A DNA stretch of 64,000 nucleotides from Octopus sinensis (Eukaryota), in NCBI RefSeq assembly GCF_006345805.1, contig NC_042998.1:90520001-90584000 (forward strand), written 5' to 3'. The notes below the pieces were generated by a model. It was not told where the DNA came from and made no database searches. It saw nothing but the letters and a program-made list of their open reading frames with translations. Position numbers and translations under genes: made by a program. The first letter of the stretch is position 1; every line of letters begins with the position of its first letter. This document shows positions 12,172-24,360 of this stretch, one piece after another.

Positions 12172-12760
12172 GTAATAATAATAAACTTACTGTAGGCAGT
12201 GCTCAGATGCACTACAACTCATCAGAAAAGTAGCCCAAAGTGCATGAACAGCATATAGAATAATGCACAGGAAGTGAACAGTGAATGAGCTCTTTAAAAA
12301 CTAAGGGAGGCAAAAGCATCATGTGTATTGGTGGCAAATTTCTTGAAGCATAGAAGTTTTGAAGGATGTAGTGTGCCAACAATTAACAACTGATGCGTGT
12401 AGTTTATTCCAAGTTTCAGCAATTCTGAGCATGGGAAAATGTTTCCGAATGTCATGGGTGCTGTTATTTTTGATTTTGTAAGCATGTCCATGAGTGTTAA
12501 ACATAACGAATCCAAAAAAGGTGCTCAGGGTTGTTGTTGGAAAGATGGTCGATAATCTTGTGGGTGTTTCCCCAGTCAGTTGTCAGATATTGGAACTTTG
12601 TGTTCATACCCAGGGAAGCAAGAAGTTCAGAGCATGGTGGGTTGTAGTTTTCAGGTATATGATATGCTGTAAATTCAATGTACTATAAAAACTAGCAAGG
12701 CTGTGTACAAAGAATAAGAAAAATAGGTGTCAATAGCTCATACTTATGTACAGGTAACAT
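12172..12760 (-). mobile_element. CR1-like LINE 3' end
   Basis: Minus-strand NTHGHAYKIK...IRKHFPMLRIAETWNKLHASVV...SFK matches the CR1 ORF2 C-terminal TRGH..RV...WN.LP..VV...FK; (TTA)n tail. A tiny copy of the same tail lies at ~59441-59480. Confidence 0.75.
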
Positions 12761-12958
12761 TTCTTGATGTGGTAGGTAATGGAGATGGGAGGGCTGAGAG
12801 AGAACCTAAGTGTTTTGCACCCTACTAAATTTTCAAACTGCACTCTACCCACCAAAAAAAAAAAAAAAAAAACAATTTTAAGTAGATAATATTATCAAGA
12901 TAAAAATATTAAGCTTGTACAACAAAAATGTTGCAAAAATCTTTGATTGTAAAATGAC

Positions 12959-13552
12959 TGTTACAAACTTAGTGTGAATATCTTCTCTTGTACTTTCGGG
13001 GTACAAGAAAGCAATCACTAGCCGTTGCTTTAATAATCCAGAATTCTACCAGTCAGAAACAACAAGACGCAGACGTAAAATATATATATACTACTTTATT
13101 CTCTTTCTTGGTAACAATAACAATAAGTGGTTATCTGATGTCCTTGGTTCGGGGCGCGCAAGGCTGAAAGTTAATCGATTGTAATATTTACAATATTCAG
13201 CCGCTAAAACCAGAACGGGTTCAAGATGGCGTCGAACAGGGAAGTTGAATGTGGTCGGCAACAATTTGGTTAAAAGCTTTCGGCCGACTGCTATCAAAGC
13301 TGGACAGCGAGAATACACGTCCGTCTCCTTCGGTCGCAGCTGTCCCAAGTCGCCGCTGCTGCTGGACGCTGGTGGTCAACGTCTTACGACCCCCTTGCCT
13401 CGGCTAACTGCTACGTAGGCAAAAGGGTTCTTCTTCCGGTGCTTCGCGCATGCGCGAGAGGGCCCTTCCTCTCTCTGCCTTGGTAAAGGCACCAACACGC
13501 GCGAAATACAAATGGACGGTGCTCGAGCGCGCGCCGTTATAGGATCACTACA
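12959..13552 (-). repeat. 3' LTR (594 bp)
   Basis: TGTTACA...CACTACA; minus-strand AATAAA at 13095-13100. Confidence 0.95.
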
Positions 13553-13564
13553 AGGCTCCCCTCC
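13553..13564 (-). promoter_or_regulatory. Polypurine tract of the LTR element
   Basis: Minus strand GGAGGGGAGCCT immediately before the 3' LTR. Confidence 0.8.
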
Positions 13565-15058
13565 AGTGCGTACGCACGAAAGGAAACTTATTGTAGTGAC
13601 TGCAAAACTCAAGGTGGACACCAGATAACCAAATAGCACACAATAATATAATGGCAAAATTTATAACATACACAAGAAATTTACTAAAGGAAAAAGAGAA
13701 AAAATACTCAATGAGCAAAAATCAAGAGTGCATGCATGAAAGTGTATACGTCACAAAGTATAGAGCCTTCCGCTGTAGGAAGCGGAAGGGAAAGCAAAAC
13801 TCACAGTCAATGAACCTAGGCGAAATTAAATCCAACTTCTCTAAAGGTGGTTAATCCTGCAAAATAGCAGTTAAATCAATTGCTGCAGGAGAAGAAATGG
13901 AATTGACAGAAGCTCGCTAGTAACACAAAAGGCAAAAGTGCAAACATGCTGGTGTGATGCGCAACACAGATAATTTTCTGTTAATTATGTGACCAACAGT
14001 GGTCTAACAGGGAAAAATAATTACGCCTAAACATGGTGCAGCGCATGTGAACATCCGACGTCCTATGAGTCGGGAAAAGAATTAAGCTAGCGCAAACGTG
14101 TTGCAAAAAACAAGGCAATACACGTGCGAAGCAAGGCGCATGAAATGCAATAGTGCTTGCCAAACCAAAAAACAGCAAGAATATGCCAGTGGTTGAGCGA
14201 TTATATGCCTCGTTCGTACAGGAACAAAGGTATGACATGCTGGCGCGTTATAATGGACAAACAACCCTCTCTATGTATACGTGACCGCTAGGGTCTATAG
14301 AAATGAGGTGTGTCCACAAAAGGCAAATTTAGCATGGAAAAAACAAGCGAGAAAAGCATGTGTGACGTATGTATGTGAGAGAGAGCATTTATGTGTGTGT
14401 ACGTGTGTGCGACAGAAATACATACAAGGTGAATGCGAGCAAAATACAAAAAATACAGCGCATAGAAAAAATGTCTCTCGGGGCTATTCCAGACAAGAGT
14501 TAGTTTACCAGTCTGTAATAGCCTGATGCACAATAGCAGTTCGTTCTGTAACAGAATGTTGAGATCACAAATGCAGATGCCGATTGGACACATATCGTGT
14601 AACGGTTGTGGCTTCAATGCTGTGACAGGTTAACTGGAACAGAAGAATCTCGTAGATAGACGGTGCTGTTTATCCTTGGTGTGCATATGCACATACAGCA
14701 TGCACGCTAAAGTTCCGCGAGTTGCTATGTACATCTTGGTGGAGGTCGACGGTGTTGAAAGGCGACGGTGGTGGTGGAAGGCGACTGTAGTGGACTTGAG
14801 ACAACATCGTTCTTAGTGATGATGGCGACGACGTGAAGTAGAAAGACGACGATGGGAATGACGAAGGTGGAGAAAAGGCATCGAATATATGATGGCGTTC
14901 GTCATCATGGCTGTAGAATAAGAAAGAGGCTCCTTCTACAACTGTTTGTAGTGGCCGGAAACAAATCGTCGAAAGATGAATGCGTAGAGTTAATCGTGTT
15001 CCGACTTCGCAGAAAAACTGGATTTTTTTGTTGATAAGTGATCTCTGGTTTTAGACCA

Positions 15059-15081
15059 GAATCACGTCGGGGGGGTCACCA
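15059..15081 (-). promoter_or_regulatory. Primer-binding site complementary to the tRNA-Trp 3' end
   Basis: Minus strand TGGTGACCCCCCCGACGTGATTC, 1 nt after the LTR. The canonical tRNA-Trp PBS is TGGTGACCCCGACGTGAT, so this copy has 3 extra C. Confidence 0.9.
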
Positions 15082-15082
15082 G

Positions 15083-15675
15083 TGTTACGAACTTAATGTG
15101 AATATCTTCTCTTGTACTTTCGGGGTACAAGAAAGCAATCACTAGCCGTTGCTTTAATAATCCAGAATTCTACCAGTCAGAAACAACAAGACGCAGACGT
15201 AAAATATATATATACTACTTTATTCTCTTTCTTGGTAACAATAACAATAAGTGGTTATCTGATGTCCTTGGTTCGGGGCGCGCAAGGCTGAAAGTTAATC
15301 GATTGTAATATTACAATATTCAGCCGCTAAAACCAGAACGGGTTCAAGATGGCGTCGAACAGGGAAGTTGAATGTGGTCGGCAACAATTTGGTTAAAAGC
15401 TTTCGGCCGACTGCTATCAAAGCTGGACAGCGAGAATACACGTCCGTCTCCTTCGGTCGCAGCTGTCCCAAGTCGCCGCTGCTGCTGGACGCTGGTGGTC
15501 AACGTCTTACGACCCCCTTGCCTCGGCTAACTGCTACGTAGGCAAAAGGGTTCTTCTTCCGGTGCTTCGCGCATGCGCGAGAGGGCCCTTCCTCTCTCTG
15601 CCTTGGTAAAGGCACCAACACACGCGAAATACAAATGGACGGTGCGCGAGCGCGCGCCGTTATAGGATCACTACA
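15083..15675 (-). repeat. 5' LTR (593 bp)
   Basis: TGTTACG...CACTACA; differs from the other LTR by about 4 substitutions and one 1-nt indel (counted by eye). Confidence 0.95.
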
Positions 15676-16896
15676 TGACAATATTTAATGACATTCTGAA
15701 TTGTCACATCAAAAAAGTTCAAACAGAAGCTCAGATCAAGATGTTTCTTATTCTTGCTAATGTTGAATATGATGATAATTTTGGCAATATATTCACGTAG
15801 AACTGCACTTGTGCATGAATATTAATTACAGATCAGAGCCAAATGATTTAATAGTGTTGTGTAGATAACACTTCAATCTACTGTGAGTGCCAAAAGAATG
15901 CTTGAAGAACACAACAAGGAAAGAATCAAGGATAAATTTTGCACTGCAGTTCTGATTATGCATTGAATATTAGAAAGTTAGTCTCCTGCCCCCAAAATTG
16001 ATCTCAATAATCATTCTTTGACTAAGGTTTCATCTGAATTTTTTCTAAAATTTAGCCTTTCCTAAACCAGTGGATAGGGTTGCAACCATCTACCTCATAT
16101 GCCTATTGTAGTATATTAAAGTATAAGAGATAATAGGCGATGATATAAACTAGAACAAGCTTAACTAGGAGAGAAAGTTGAAATGACCATGTTTGTTTGC
16201 AGTTGCTAAATAAAAGATGTGGGGAAAGGGGGAATCCTTGTATTTGATAAGATATGACTTCACTGCAGGGTAATTAATATGAAATAAGAAGCTAGCACAC
16301 AAAGCAACAAAATACATGCTTGTAGATAAGTGATACAAGAATGAACTAGAGAAGGCTAGTAGATAAATTTCACTAAGATAACAGTAAGTGTTGGGCTTAG
16401 CAATACTGGAGGTAAATGATGAATCATAGCTAAGTTAATGTACTGCTAGTCAATTGAAACATGACTGGGTCTACTGAGTGTATAGGAAAATCAGTGGAAT
16501 GCAGAAAAACTTAATAGATGTTACTCAGAATAAGAAACAGGAAACAAAGGAAGATGTTATTTATGGTACTTATCTGCCAATTCTTATTTAAAAGAGGTAG
16601 AATAAATGTACTACAGTTACAAATTAGTGAGGACTACCAGTGAAATACATTAAAATACTTCTGTGAAAGTAAAATCATGAACACAATATGAATTGACACA
16701 TCCATAAAACTTTGCAAGACTTTGGGCAACAACTGAGTTTACACTGGTCTGTCACCACTAGTGTTATCACATCAATACTACCTTTTGTTTTATTTTTATC
16801 TCCTTGATATCTGAAACAGGAGTATCATTTTACTATTAAACATATCAATATGTCAAGATGTATCAACTAGAAAATTTTTGGTGCGGTTTTATGCTA

Positions 16897-17962
16897 AATT
16901 AAGTTGTCTAGAAAGTTCTGAGTGTTTTTAAGCTAAATCTTTCAATACTTCATTGAACACACCTGAAACGCAACAGTTAAAACTTCGGTGTTGCTTGAAG
17001 TAGTGGTGCATCTCTTCTTTGTTCCTGACTAAAAATATTTAACTTTCATTCCAGTTACCCTTTATTGATATTTGAAATGAATAACCAAAACTTTCATATT
17101 TGCCTTGTAATGGTTTTCTTTTTTAAAAAAAGGAGAAAACGCTTCAAAGACTTGCAAAAACATTTGTGAAGTTTATGGTGATGAAGCTGTAAGTGAATCA
17201 ACTGTTCAAAGGTGGTTTTCAAAATTTAAAGTTGTAGTTTTTAGCTTAGAAGATGACAGTCACAGTGGAAGACCTTCAAAATTGGATGATGTTTTGAAGG
17301 CAAAAATCAAAGAAAACTCAAATATCACAACCAGAGAACTTGCAGAGGAGTTGGAAGTTTCTAAAAGTACAGCTTATGAATACCTAGTGAAGCTAGGGTA
17401 CATTTCTTGCTATAATATATGGGTCCTTCGCAAACTCTCAGAAAAGAATTGCTTGGACCGGTATTCCATTTGTGATATGCTTTTGAAATGGAACGAAAGC
17501 ATGCCTTTTTTGAAGCAACTTTTGACTGGAGATAAAAAGATCAATTGTGTACTAAAACAGTATGGAAAAGATCCTGGAGTTTGCATAAGGATAATCCAAC
17601 ACAGCAATCAAAGATGAATATCCATGCCGAAAAAGCTAAGTTTGATGGGATCATAAAGGCATTATTTATCGTGAGCTCCCACAAAACCAGACCGTTAATT
17701 TTTATGTGTACTGTCATCAGCTGGCTAATTTGAACCAAAAAATCCAAGAATTGAGGCTGGAGATTGCCAACAGGAAAGGGGTAGTGTTCCAACAAGACGA
17801 TGCCTAACCACGTTTTTGGTTACCTGAACGAAGTTGATGAAATATTTAAATTGCCTGATAGATGGGCAAAGGTCATTAATAATAATGGAAATTAATTCAT
17901 TGAAAGGTCAATTATCTATATCCTTTTTTGTATATTGAAAAACGTTCAGAACTTTCAGCAAT
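16897..17962 (+). mobile_element. Mariner transposon relic, internally deleted transposase pseudogene (ATG at 17077)
   Basis: Frameshifted peptide with HTH (NICEVYGDEAVSESTVQRWFSKFK, HSGRPS, TTRELAEEL), WVL(P), LLTGDKK, FQQDDA*PH and C-terminal LPDRWAKVINNNG. TIR cores gaaagttctgagtgttttt (16911-16929) and aaaaacgttcagaactttc (17938-17956). Confidence 0.92.
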
Positions 17963-18399
17963 ATCAAACTTCAATTTCTTCCCCTTTTGTATTGCTCTAC
18001 TTTCAAGCATTTCTGGTTGAGATAAAAAAAATTTTCTTAATGTATTCACATTTGTTTTAGTTTTCTTGAGAAGTGATAAACTCTTTTTAAACTTGTGCCA
18101 GTCACCAAAACTGCTAATCTCTAGTATTTAAGTTTCCAAAATTCGGTCTATATTCAGACAAGTATTTCTCAAATCTAGTCAACAGTGGATGATAATTATC
18201 TACAACAAATAATATAAACTTTAACATTTATTTTATCATCTAAATTAGTGATGCTTTTAAGTACCTTCTACTTAAAGAAGTGATTTTTGTCTACAATAAA
18301 AAACAACAAATTTTTTAATTACATAGCAGGTGAAACATGTGAAGTTCTCTGGTAAAAAGTTAACTGTAAAACAAACTGCACTGAATCTTTTCTGAGTCT

Positions 18400-18605
18400 G
18401 TTGTAGTGTAAAGTAATGAACAAAGTTATTTGAGCAATGGAGAAATGCCTTGTATTTATTCTGGGTCTCAGTATTCTGAGCTCAAATCCTGTTGAGGTTA
18501 ACTTTGCTCTGGATTCAATAAAATGCCAGTCAAGTACAAGTCAATCTAATTGACTGAGCCCTCCCTTCCAAGTTTTTAGCTTTGAGGATCTTTATTAGAA
18601 ATTAT
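18400..18605 (+). mobile_element. Degenerate Nin/Deu-domain SINE (family of 57761-58941)
   Basis: ttctgagctcaaatcctgttgaggttaactttgc...caatctaattgact; (att) tail. Confidence 0.55.
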
Positions 18606-18759
18606 CATGTTTTAACATTTGGGAGTTTTTATTTAGTGGAGGTGAATGTTTTGTGCTATTTAGGTCTGGCTGTAGGCATTTTAAGTTCAAATCTTGTTTT
18701 GATGTACATGGACAATAGATTTAGTCTGACATTTAGTTTAGCATCATCATGTGATCCTT

Positions 18760-19300
18760 TATCAGAGTCTGCTTAGTTGCAAGTATTTGGTCCAACTCGT
18801 TGGTTTGAGGATCAGGAATGCTTTCAATTTCATCACTTGGGATGTTATCCTCCATGCAGTAAGGGAGAATGCCCCACAGCTCTGTCACTTTGCTTAGTAA
18901 GTTTATTGGGAGCCCTCCTACCTCTCCTTTGGTGATTACCTCATCCCATCTGCCTTTGGAGTTCGACTGTGACCCACTTGGACCTGTTCTATTTGCACTG
19001 AGTATTGATGATGTTACCAAAATAGCTGATTTGGACTTGAATGTCTGGTATCTTGATGATGCTTGTTTGCGGGAGGAACTATCTCTTCCTGCCTGTGGTG
19101 TTTAAGACAGTTGCAGGACCTGGGTCACTAACAGTGAAGTTCTTGTCTTTGTTGGTGGCTCACCTAACTGAGGCGTCATGTAATGCCCATGAGGGTGCTT
19201 GGATGTTCCAGTGCCTTAGCCTCACCATCGTGCATGTTAATGCTGTGATGTGCAACCAATAGAAGCACTTGATGTTGCATTGATGTTCTTTTTTTCTTTT
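18760..19300 (+). mobile_element. CRE-clade (RLE-type) non-LTR retrotransposon relic with a large internal deletion
   Basis: RT motifs NAFN...YWEPSYLSFGDYLIPSAFGVR/CDPLGPVLFALSI...LNVWYLDDA joined directly to the RLE C-terminus YLFLPVVFKTVAGPG...FL...EGAWMFQCLSLTIVHVNA (CRE consensus F.P.A.ET.G..G...QRLS.AI.RGNA). Confidence 0.8.
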
Positions 19301-19777
19301 TTGTTTGTAAAATATATTTTATTTTGATAAAATAATTGTTTTTGTATTTGTATGTATATATACCTATTTTCTATTGCCTTTTTACCATTATTTTATTTCT
19401 TAATGATTATAGTTATTTACCCCCTGTACAGTTTACTTAGAAACTTTGTATTTGTTGAGCACACAAAACTATATCTGAAATAAATATATAATCCTTCCTG
19501 CCTCCCATCCAAGTCTTGGAAGTCCTACAATGGATTGTAGATACATCTCTTGTTCAAGCAATAAATTCTTTTAGGCATTAAGTTACATTAATTTTAGGGA
19601 ACAAAATAGAGATAATAACCACATCACAGCTTTTCATTGTAGATTTCTGCTATAGATGTTATAAAGAATGAGTAGTTGTGACAGTCAGGTTTTTCAATAC
19701 AATATAAAGAACTGTAATATATATTGTACATAAAACTGATGTGAAACTAATTCAGCAATGACAGATACCATTAAAAA

Positions 19778-20320
19778 CATCGTCATCACCATCGTCGTTT
19801 AACGTCTGCTTTCCATGCTGGCATGGATTGGACGGTTTGACTGAGGACTAGCAAGCCAGAAGGCTACACCAGGCTCCAATCTGATCTGGCAAAGTTTCTA
19901 CAGCTGGATGCCCTTCCTAATGCCAACCACTCTGAGAGTGTAGTGGGTGCTTTTACGTGCCACCAGCACAAGGGCCAGTCTGGCAGTACTGACAATGACC
20001 ACGCTCGAATGTTGTTTTCCATGTGCCACCTGCACATGTGCTGGTAAAGTGACGTTGGCAACGATCACGCTTGAATGGTGCTTTTTACTTGCCACCAGCA
20101 CAAGAACCAATCTGCGGCCTTGGCAATAATCATGTTCAGATGTGTCATTGGCCACATCAGTGACTTATTCTCCACTTGCCTCAATAGGTCTTCGCAAACT
20201 AAGTTTATTGTCCAATGAATGAGGGGTACTCATAAGTGGGCTGGTTACACCCACTGGCATAGGCCATAAACTATGGTCTCACTTGGCTTGTCAGGTCTTC
20301 TCAAGCATAGCATATCTTCA
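19778..20320 (-). mobile_element. RTE LINE 3' tail with three ~65-bp modules
   Basis: catcgtcgtttaacgtctgctttccatgctggcatgg...gctggatgcccttcctaatgccaacc. Confidence 0.9.
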
Positions 20321-22239
20321 ACTTTATTAATTTTTCATGAGGTGTGTAGTCAATTGACTCAACCTCTGTACTTGTTAGACATATTGTAAATACCACCTCC
20401 CCCACCTAGCTGGATTAAAACCAACTACAGCTCCTGTTTAAACTCAGAACCTAGCTAGGAGAAACTAAATATTAAACATTGATGATACATTGATGCATTT
20501 CTAAGGTGCAAGGACCAGCACTATCATAAAAGGAAATTGACCAACAGTCGCCTTGATTTCTTTTTTAACATAGTCCTACATTATCTGTATCCCTTTTTGC
20601 AAGACCTGATTTGAGAGAGATTTGGTTACTTTTAGTATGCAGAATGATCACTTAGTGGTTTCTGTATTGACAAGGACTGTTTACAGGAAGTATTGTTATT
20701 GTTCAGGAATTAATCTACAAGTATTGCTAGTAATATTTTTAGAGATGACAATAAAGTACAACTGCATGAGAATTTGAAATTGGAAGCCTGATGACTGTAA
20801 TGGGATACTGTAAAACATCAAGACCTACTCTGTACATACTTTACCACTCACACTGACACGGCTTATTTTTCATCTTAAACAGATGTAAGAGCCATTGTCT
20901 TTGCTTTACTAGATAGTTTAATCTTGGGCCAAATTGACAGTACTTGTTAACCCCTTTTATCTAGTAATATTAATTCTTGCAGGTTTAATTGATCAGAGGA
21001 ATAATGAAATCGTTACTTCAATTAAATATTTGCAGAAAGTAACCAGAAAATTTAAATGTATATGCTGAAACTAGTTCCACAGCTTATTGTTTGTATTTCA
21101 TCTTCAGGTAACTTGTCGTGCTTGATCAATGATAATGTTGTGCTACATACCAGATGCCACTTTTCAGATGATGCAATATAAAGTTGAAGCTCCATGGATA
21201 TTTACTATATACATTTCTTTCATACCACCCCCCCCCGCCCCGTTCACCTTCCCATGTATCAGATGCGAAATAAAACTGCAATATTTAATGGCTTCATATG
21301 ATATTTCTAGTTCAGGATTGACAAAGATAGCTTGTACACATTATGTAGTATCAAGTTGTCTTATTTCTTTTGGGTAATACCAAGATTGAAAGGTATATAG
21401 ACGTAATTGCATCTGTGAACCTTTCAGTCTGTTTTTATCTAATCACCCAGGCACTACCTTTTATTTTGTATTCTTATTTGTGATTACATTGGTATTTATA
21501 TTTTTATATGAAATTCATAGCTGTTGGCTTGAATAGAAATAGATTTAGTTTAAAACTTGATGACCTACTTGTTTCAAACCATAGAGCACAGTAATGCAGA
21601 CAAGTTTTCTAAATGTCTGTACACAGACATCATCTATATGTAACTTACAAGGGAGTGGGACTGCTACATAATCATTTTATTTACTAAAAATAACAACCAC
21701 ATCACTTAAATCACATTCTTCCATCTTTAAAGAAACAGGATGGATAATATAGCCTAAGATTAAAGTATGATTGAAAATATGGGATAGTCATTGCTTGAAT
21801 GCCTTTGATCATAGATCCATTCAATCAAAGCTGACCAGGAGCTAAATAGTATTTGATCTTGACTCTTAATATTAGATTTGTTCTCTCACAGATAGTAATC
21901 TTGCAAACAACTTTAAATGGATTGTAACTTTATCTCCTTCAGGAGCTCCTATCTCAACGTACCTGCACATATCAAGGAAACATTTTCCATTACAGCTTCC
22001 TTGTGAAGTGAGAACACACAGGCAAAGCTTCTCACACAATCTCTGTTTTTGCAATAACTCCATATGTAATTCATTTAAATGATCACACAACAGCTGTTTT
22101 GACAGTAAGCTTTTGCCAAGGTACTACCCTCTGTAGTCTAGTGGTGGTTAAGAAAACTCTGTAGGAAAGAACAGAGCATTACTATCAATTAAGTAGCAAC
22201 CACACTCACTATGAAGAAAGGAAATAGATAGAAACTCTA

Positions 22240-22785
22240 AACTCAGTGTAAACAATGAGTGCACAAAAGGTGTAGAAGAATCTCAGAGTGGCTGATAGAT
22301 AAGTTGATTGTATGTAATAGATGTACAGGTGTAGTGAGCTGTTAGAGTATTTGAAAAAGGAAGCTTTCCTGAAGTGCCTAGAAAGCTTGTATAAATAGTT
22401 GATAGGTCTGTTACCTAATTGTTCTGATTAACAATGGAAATGGATGTTGTGAAAGCATAGTAGCAAAATTAGGACTGTGAAAACCTCAGGAAACAAAAGG
22501 CTTCTCTCAAAGTTAAGGGTTGATTGTATGATGATTGTGCATGAAGCATTATATTGTATGACAGTAAGATATGTGGAATGTATACAAAGGCTGGAATGAA
22601 ATAAGGAGCATGAACAAAAGAGAAGAAAAATTGTGTTAGTATGTGCTAGAATGAGGAAGTTCTCAGATGTAGTAATGAGCAGTGAGGTTTGATCTCAAGA
22701 TGCTGAACCTCACAACGATGGACTACAAGTGGCAAAATTTTGTATTGAAACAGGCCTGTCCAATCAGTTCATGCTGACATGGGAA
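22240..22785 (-). mobile_element. Old CR1-like LINE fragment
   Basis: Purine-rich, degenerate coding-like stretch with weak similarity to the CR1 RT C-terminal region. Confidence 0.35.
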
Positions 22786-22786
22786 A

Positions 22787-22788
<2 letters not shown>

Positions 22789-22880
<92 letters not shown>
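22789..22880. repeat. (TA)n(GA)n microsatellite
   Basis: Directly visible. Confidence 0.95.
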
Positions 22881-22884
<4 letters not shown>

Positions 22885-23599
22885 GCAATGAATACTCAGT
22901 GCATAACATTTAATAACAATTAACTGAATTTTTACATTGTTACTACAGATGTCATGTTACGGTATTACTTATAGTAATGAAGAGGTAAAATCTATGTTTG
23001 TTTGACATGCACATCACACACTCGCAGGCACAATCATAATTTTATGTCTATTTTACCATACTGGCATGAACTGGGCTCACATTTGTTGCTGTCTAATATT
23101 TTTGTGCACATAGCAACAGAGAAAACAATATTGATGTATGTGTTATAAAGTGTAGTCTGGGTCAATTCATTGTGCTGCTTACTAGCACTCAAAAGGTTGC
23201 CCCAGACAAGGAGACTTTGGAGTTACTACCCTCACTCAGGTAGCTTGTGATGCAGTTTGTAGGGTTCATTAATTGTTTATACTGTTCATTTTTATATAAA
23301 TATATGTTGTTGGGAGATAATTGCTAACCAGATTTAACTTCTTTGGATCCACATGCAATTATGTAGGCCTATGTAAGATCCATAAATCTGGATGATGAAA
23401 ATTTTGGATGCAGATAAGTACTATGTTGGTTGCTTCACACAGCTTTCTACACTCAAATTTATCATTGAGATGTTGGTTTGATGTTGAGTTGAAGTATTAG
23501 GCTCCATAATAAACGAGCCATCTCTTCACATATTGTCTGATGCTTGCAAGCATGGGAAAGTGGACATTAAATGATGGTACATCTTTAAAATGCTCTCTT

Positions 23600-24355
23600 T
23601 GTTTGCTGTGTGGTGCTTTCCTTTATTCATCTGAGAGTAAAACAACTGTTTGGACAACATGGTGTGTCATTTGCTTGATATGGCAATCAATCAAAGTTGA
23701 TGTCACATAAACATGGTTTCAGTGCAGGAGATATTGGCTTGCTTAAACACACTGATATTATTCTATTTGTTCTGCCACTTAATATACATGATTTTCCATA
23801 AACATATATGGTGTGATATTTCCTTGTTGAGATTTTTGCCTGTAACTTCTGGAAGTTTCAACGCCATGGTACTGATTGGGTACAACACTACTACATATAC
23901 TATTGGTTTGGTTGTTTCTCATATCACGATTTTCATTTAACCATCTTCTCAGACAACTAAACATTGCATCAATACATTTTATCTGGTGTTGAACTTCCTC
24001 ATCAATATCTGCATTTTGTGATAGACAACTATTCAGATACTGGAGGCACTTAACATTTTCTATGATCTGTCTATATATCTGAATAGCTGGATTATTTCCT
24101 GTTTGTTGGTTGCTCATTGAGGCAAGACCTTTGTTTTATGTTGAAACTTGTAGCCATGTTTTCATATGCTTCTACAACAATGTTAATTGTATCTTGTAGT
24201 TTTGCTGAAGCTGCATTATCTGGTATCATCTGTCTATTGAAGTTCGATTACTGATGTAGTCATGGTCTTTTCTCTGGCATGGTGTCTACTAGGGTCTTTT
24301 AACTTGTCATCTATGCAGTATGAAATCTGAATGCCAAGTGGGAGTTTACTTGTAA
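23600..24355 (-). mobile_element. RTE LINE RT C-terminal fragment (pseudogene)
   Basis: Minus-strand VIELQ*TDD, KTKVL, ENVKCLQYLNSCLSQNADIDEEVQHQIKC...F..LRR, HGVET: typical RTE RT domains 5-7. Confidence 0.75.
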
Positions 24356-24360
24356 TAAGC

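Larger units (their letters stand above)
12959..15675 (-). mobile_element. Non-autonomous LTR retrotransposon (Gypsy-like), 2717 bp, structurally complete
   Basis: Two TG...CA LTRs (12959-13552 and 15083-15675), 4-bp TSD TGAC (12955-12958 and 15676-15679), tRNA-Trp PBS and PPT on the minus strand. No gag or pol ORF in the 1.53-kb interior. Confidence 0.95.

Noticed and set aside
13091-15681. ORFs within the LTR element as gag or accessory genes
   Set aside because: They are short, two are duplicated simply because they lie in the LTRs, and they show no CCHC knuckle, protease, RT or integrase motifs.
20788-20830. CTGATGA...taaaacatca as another hammerhead
   Set aside because: The GAAA box is absent and the stems are poor; at best a very decayed relic.
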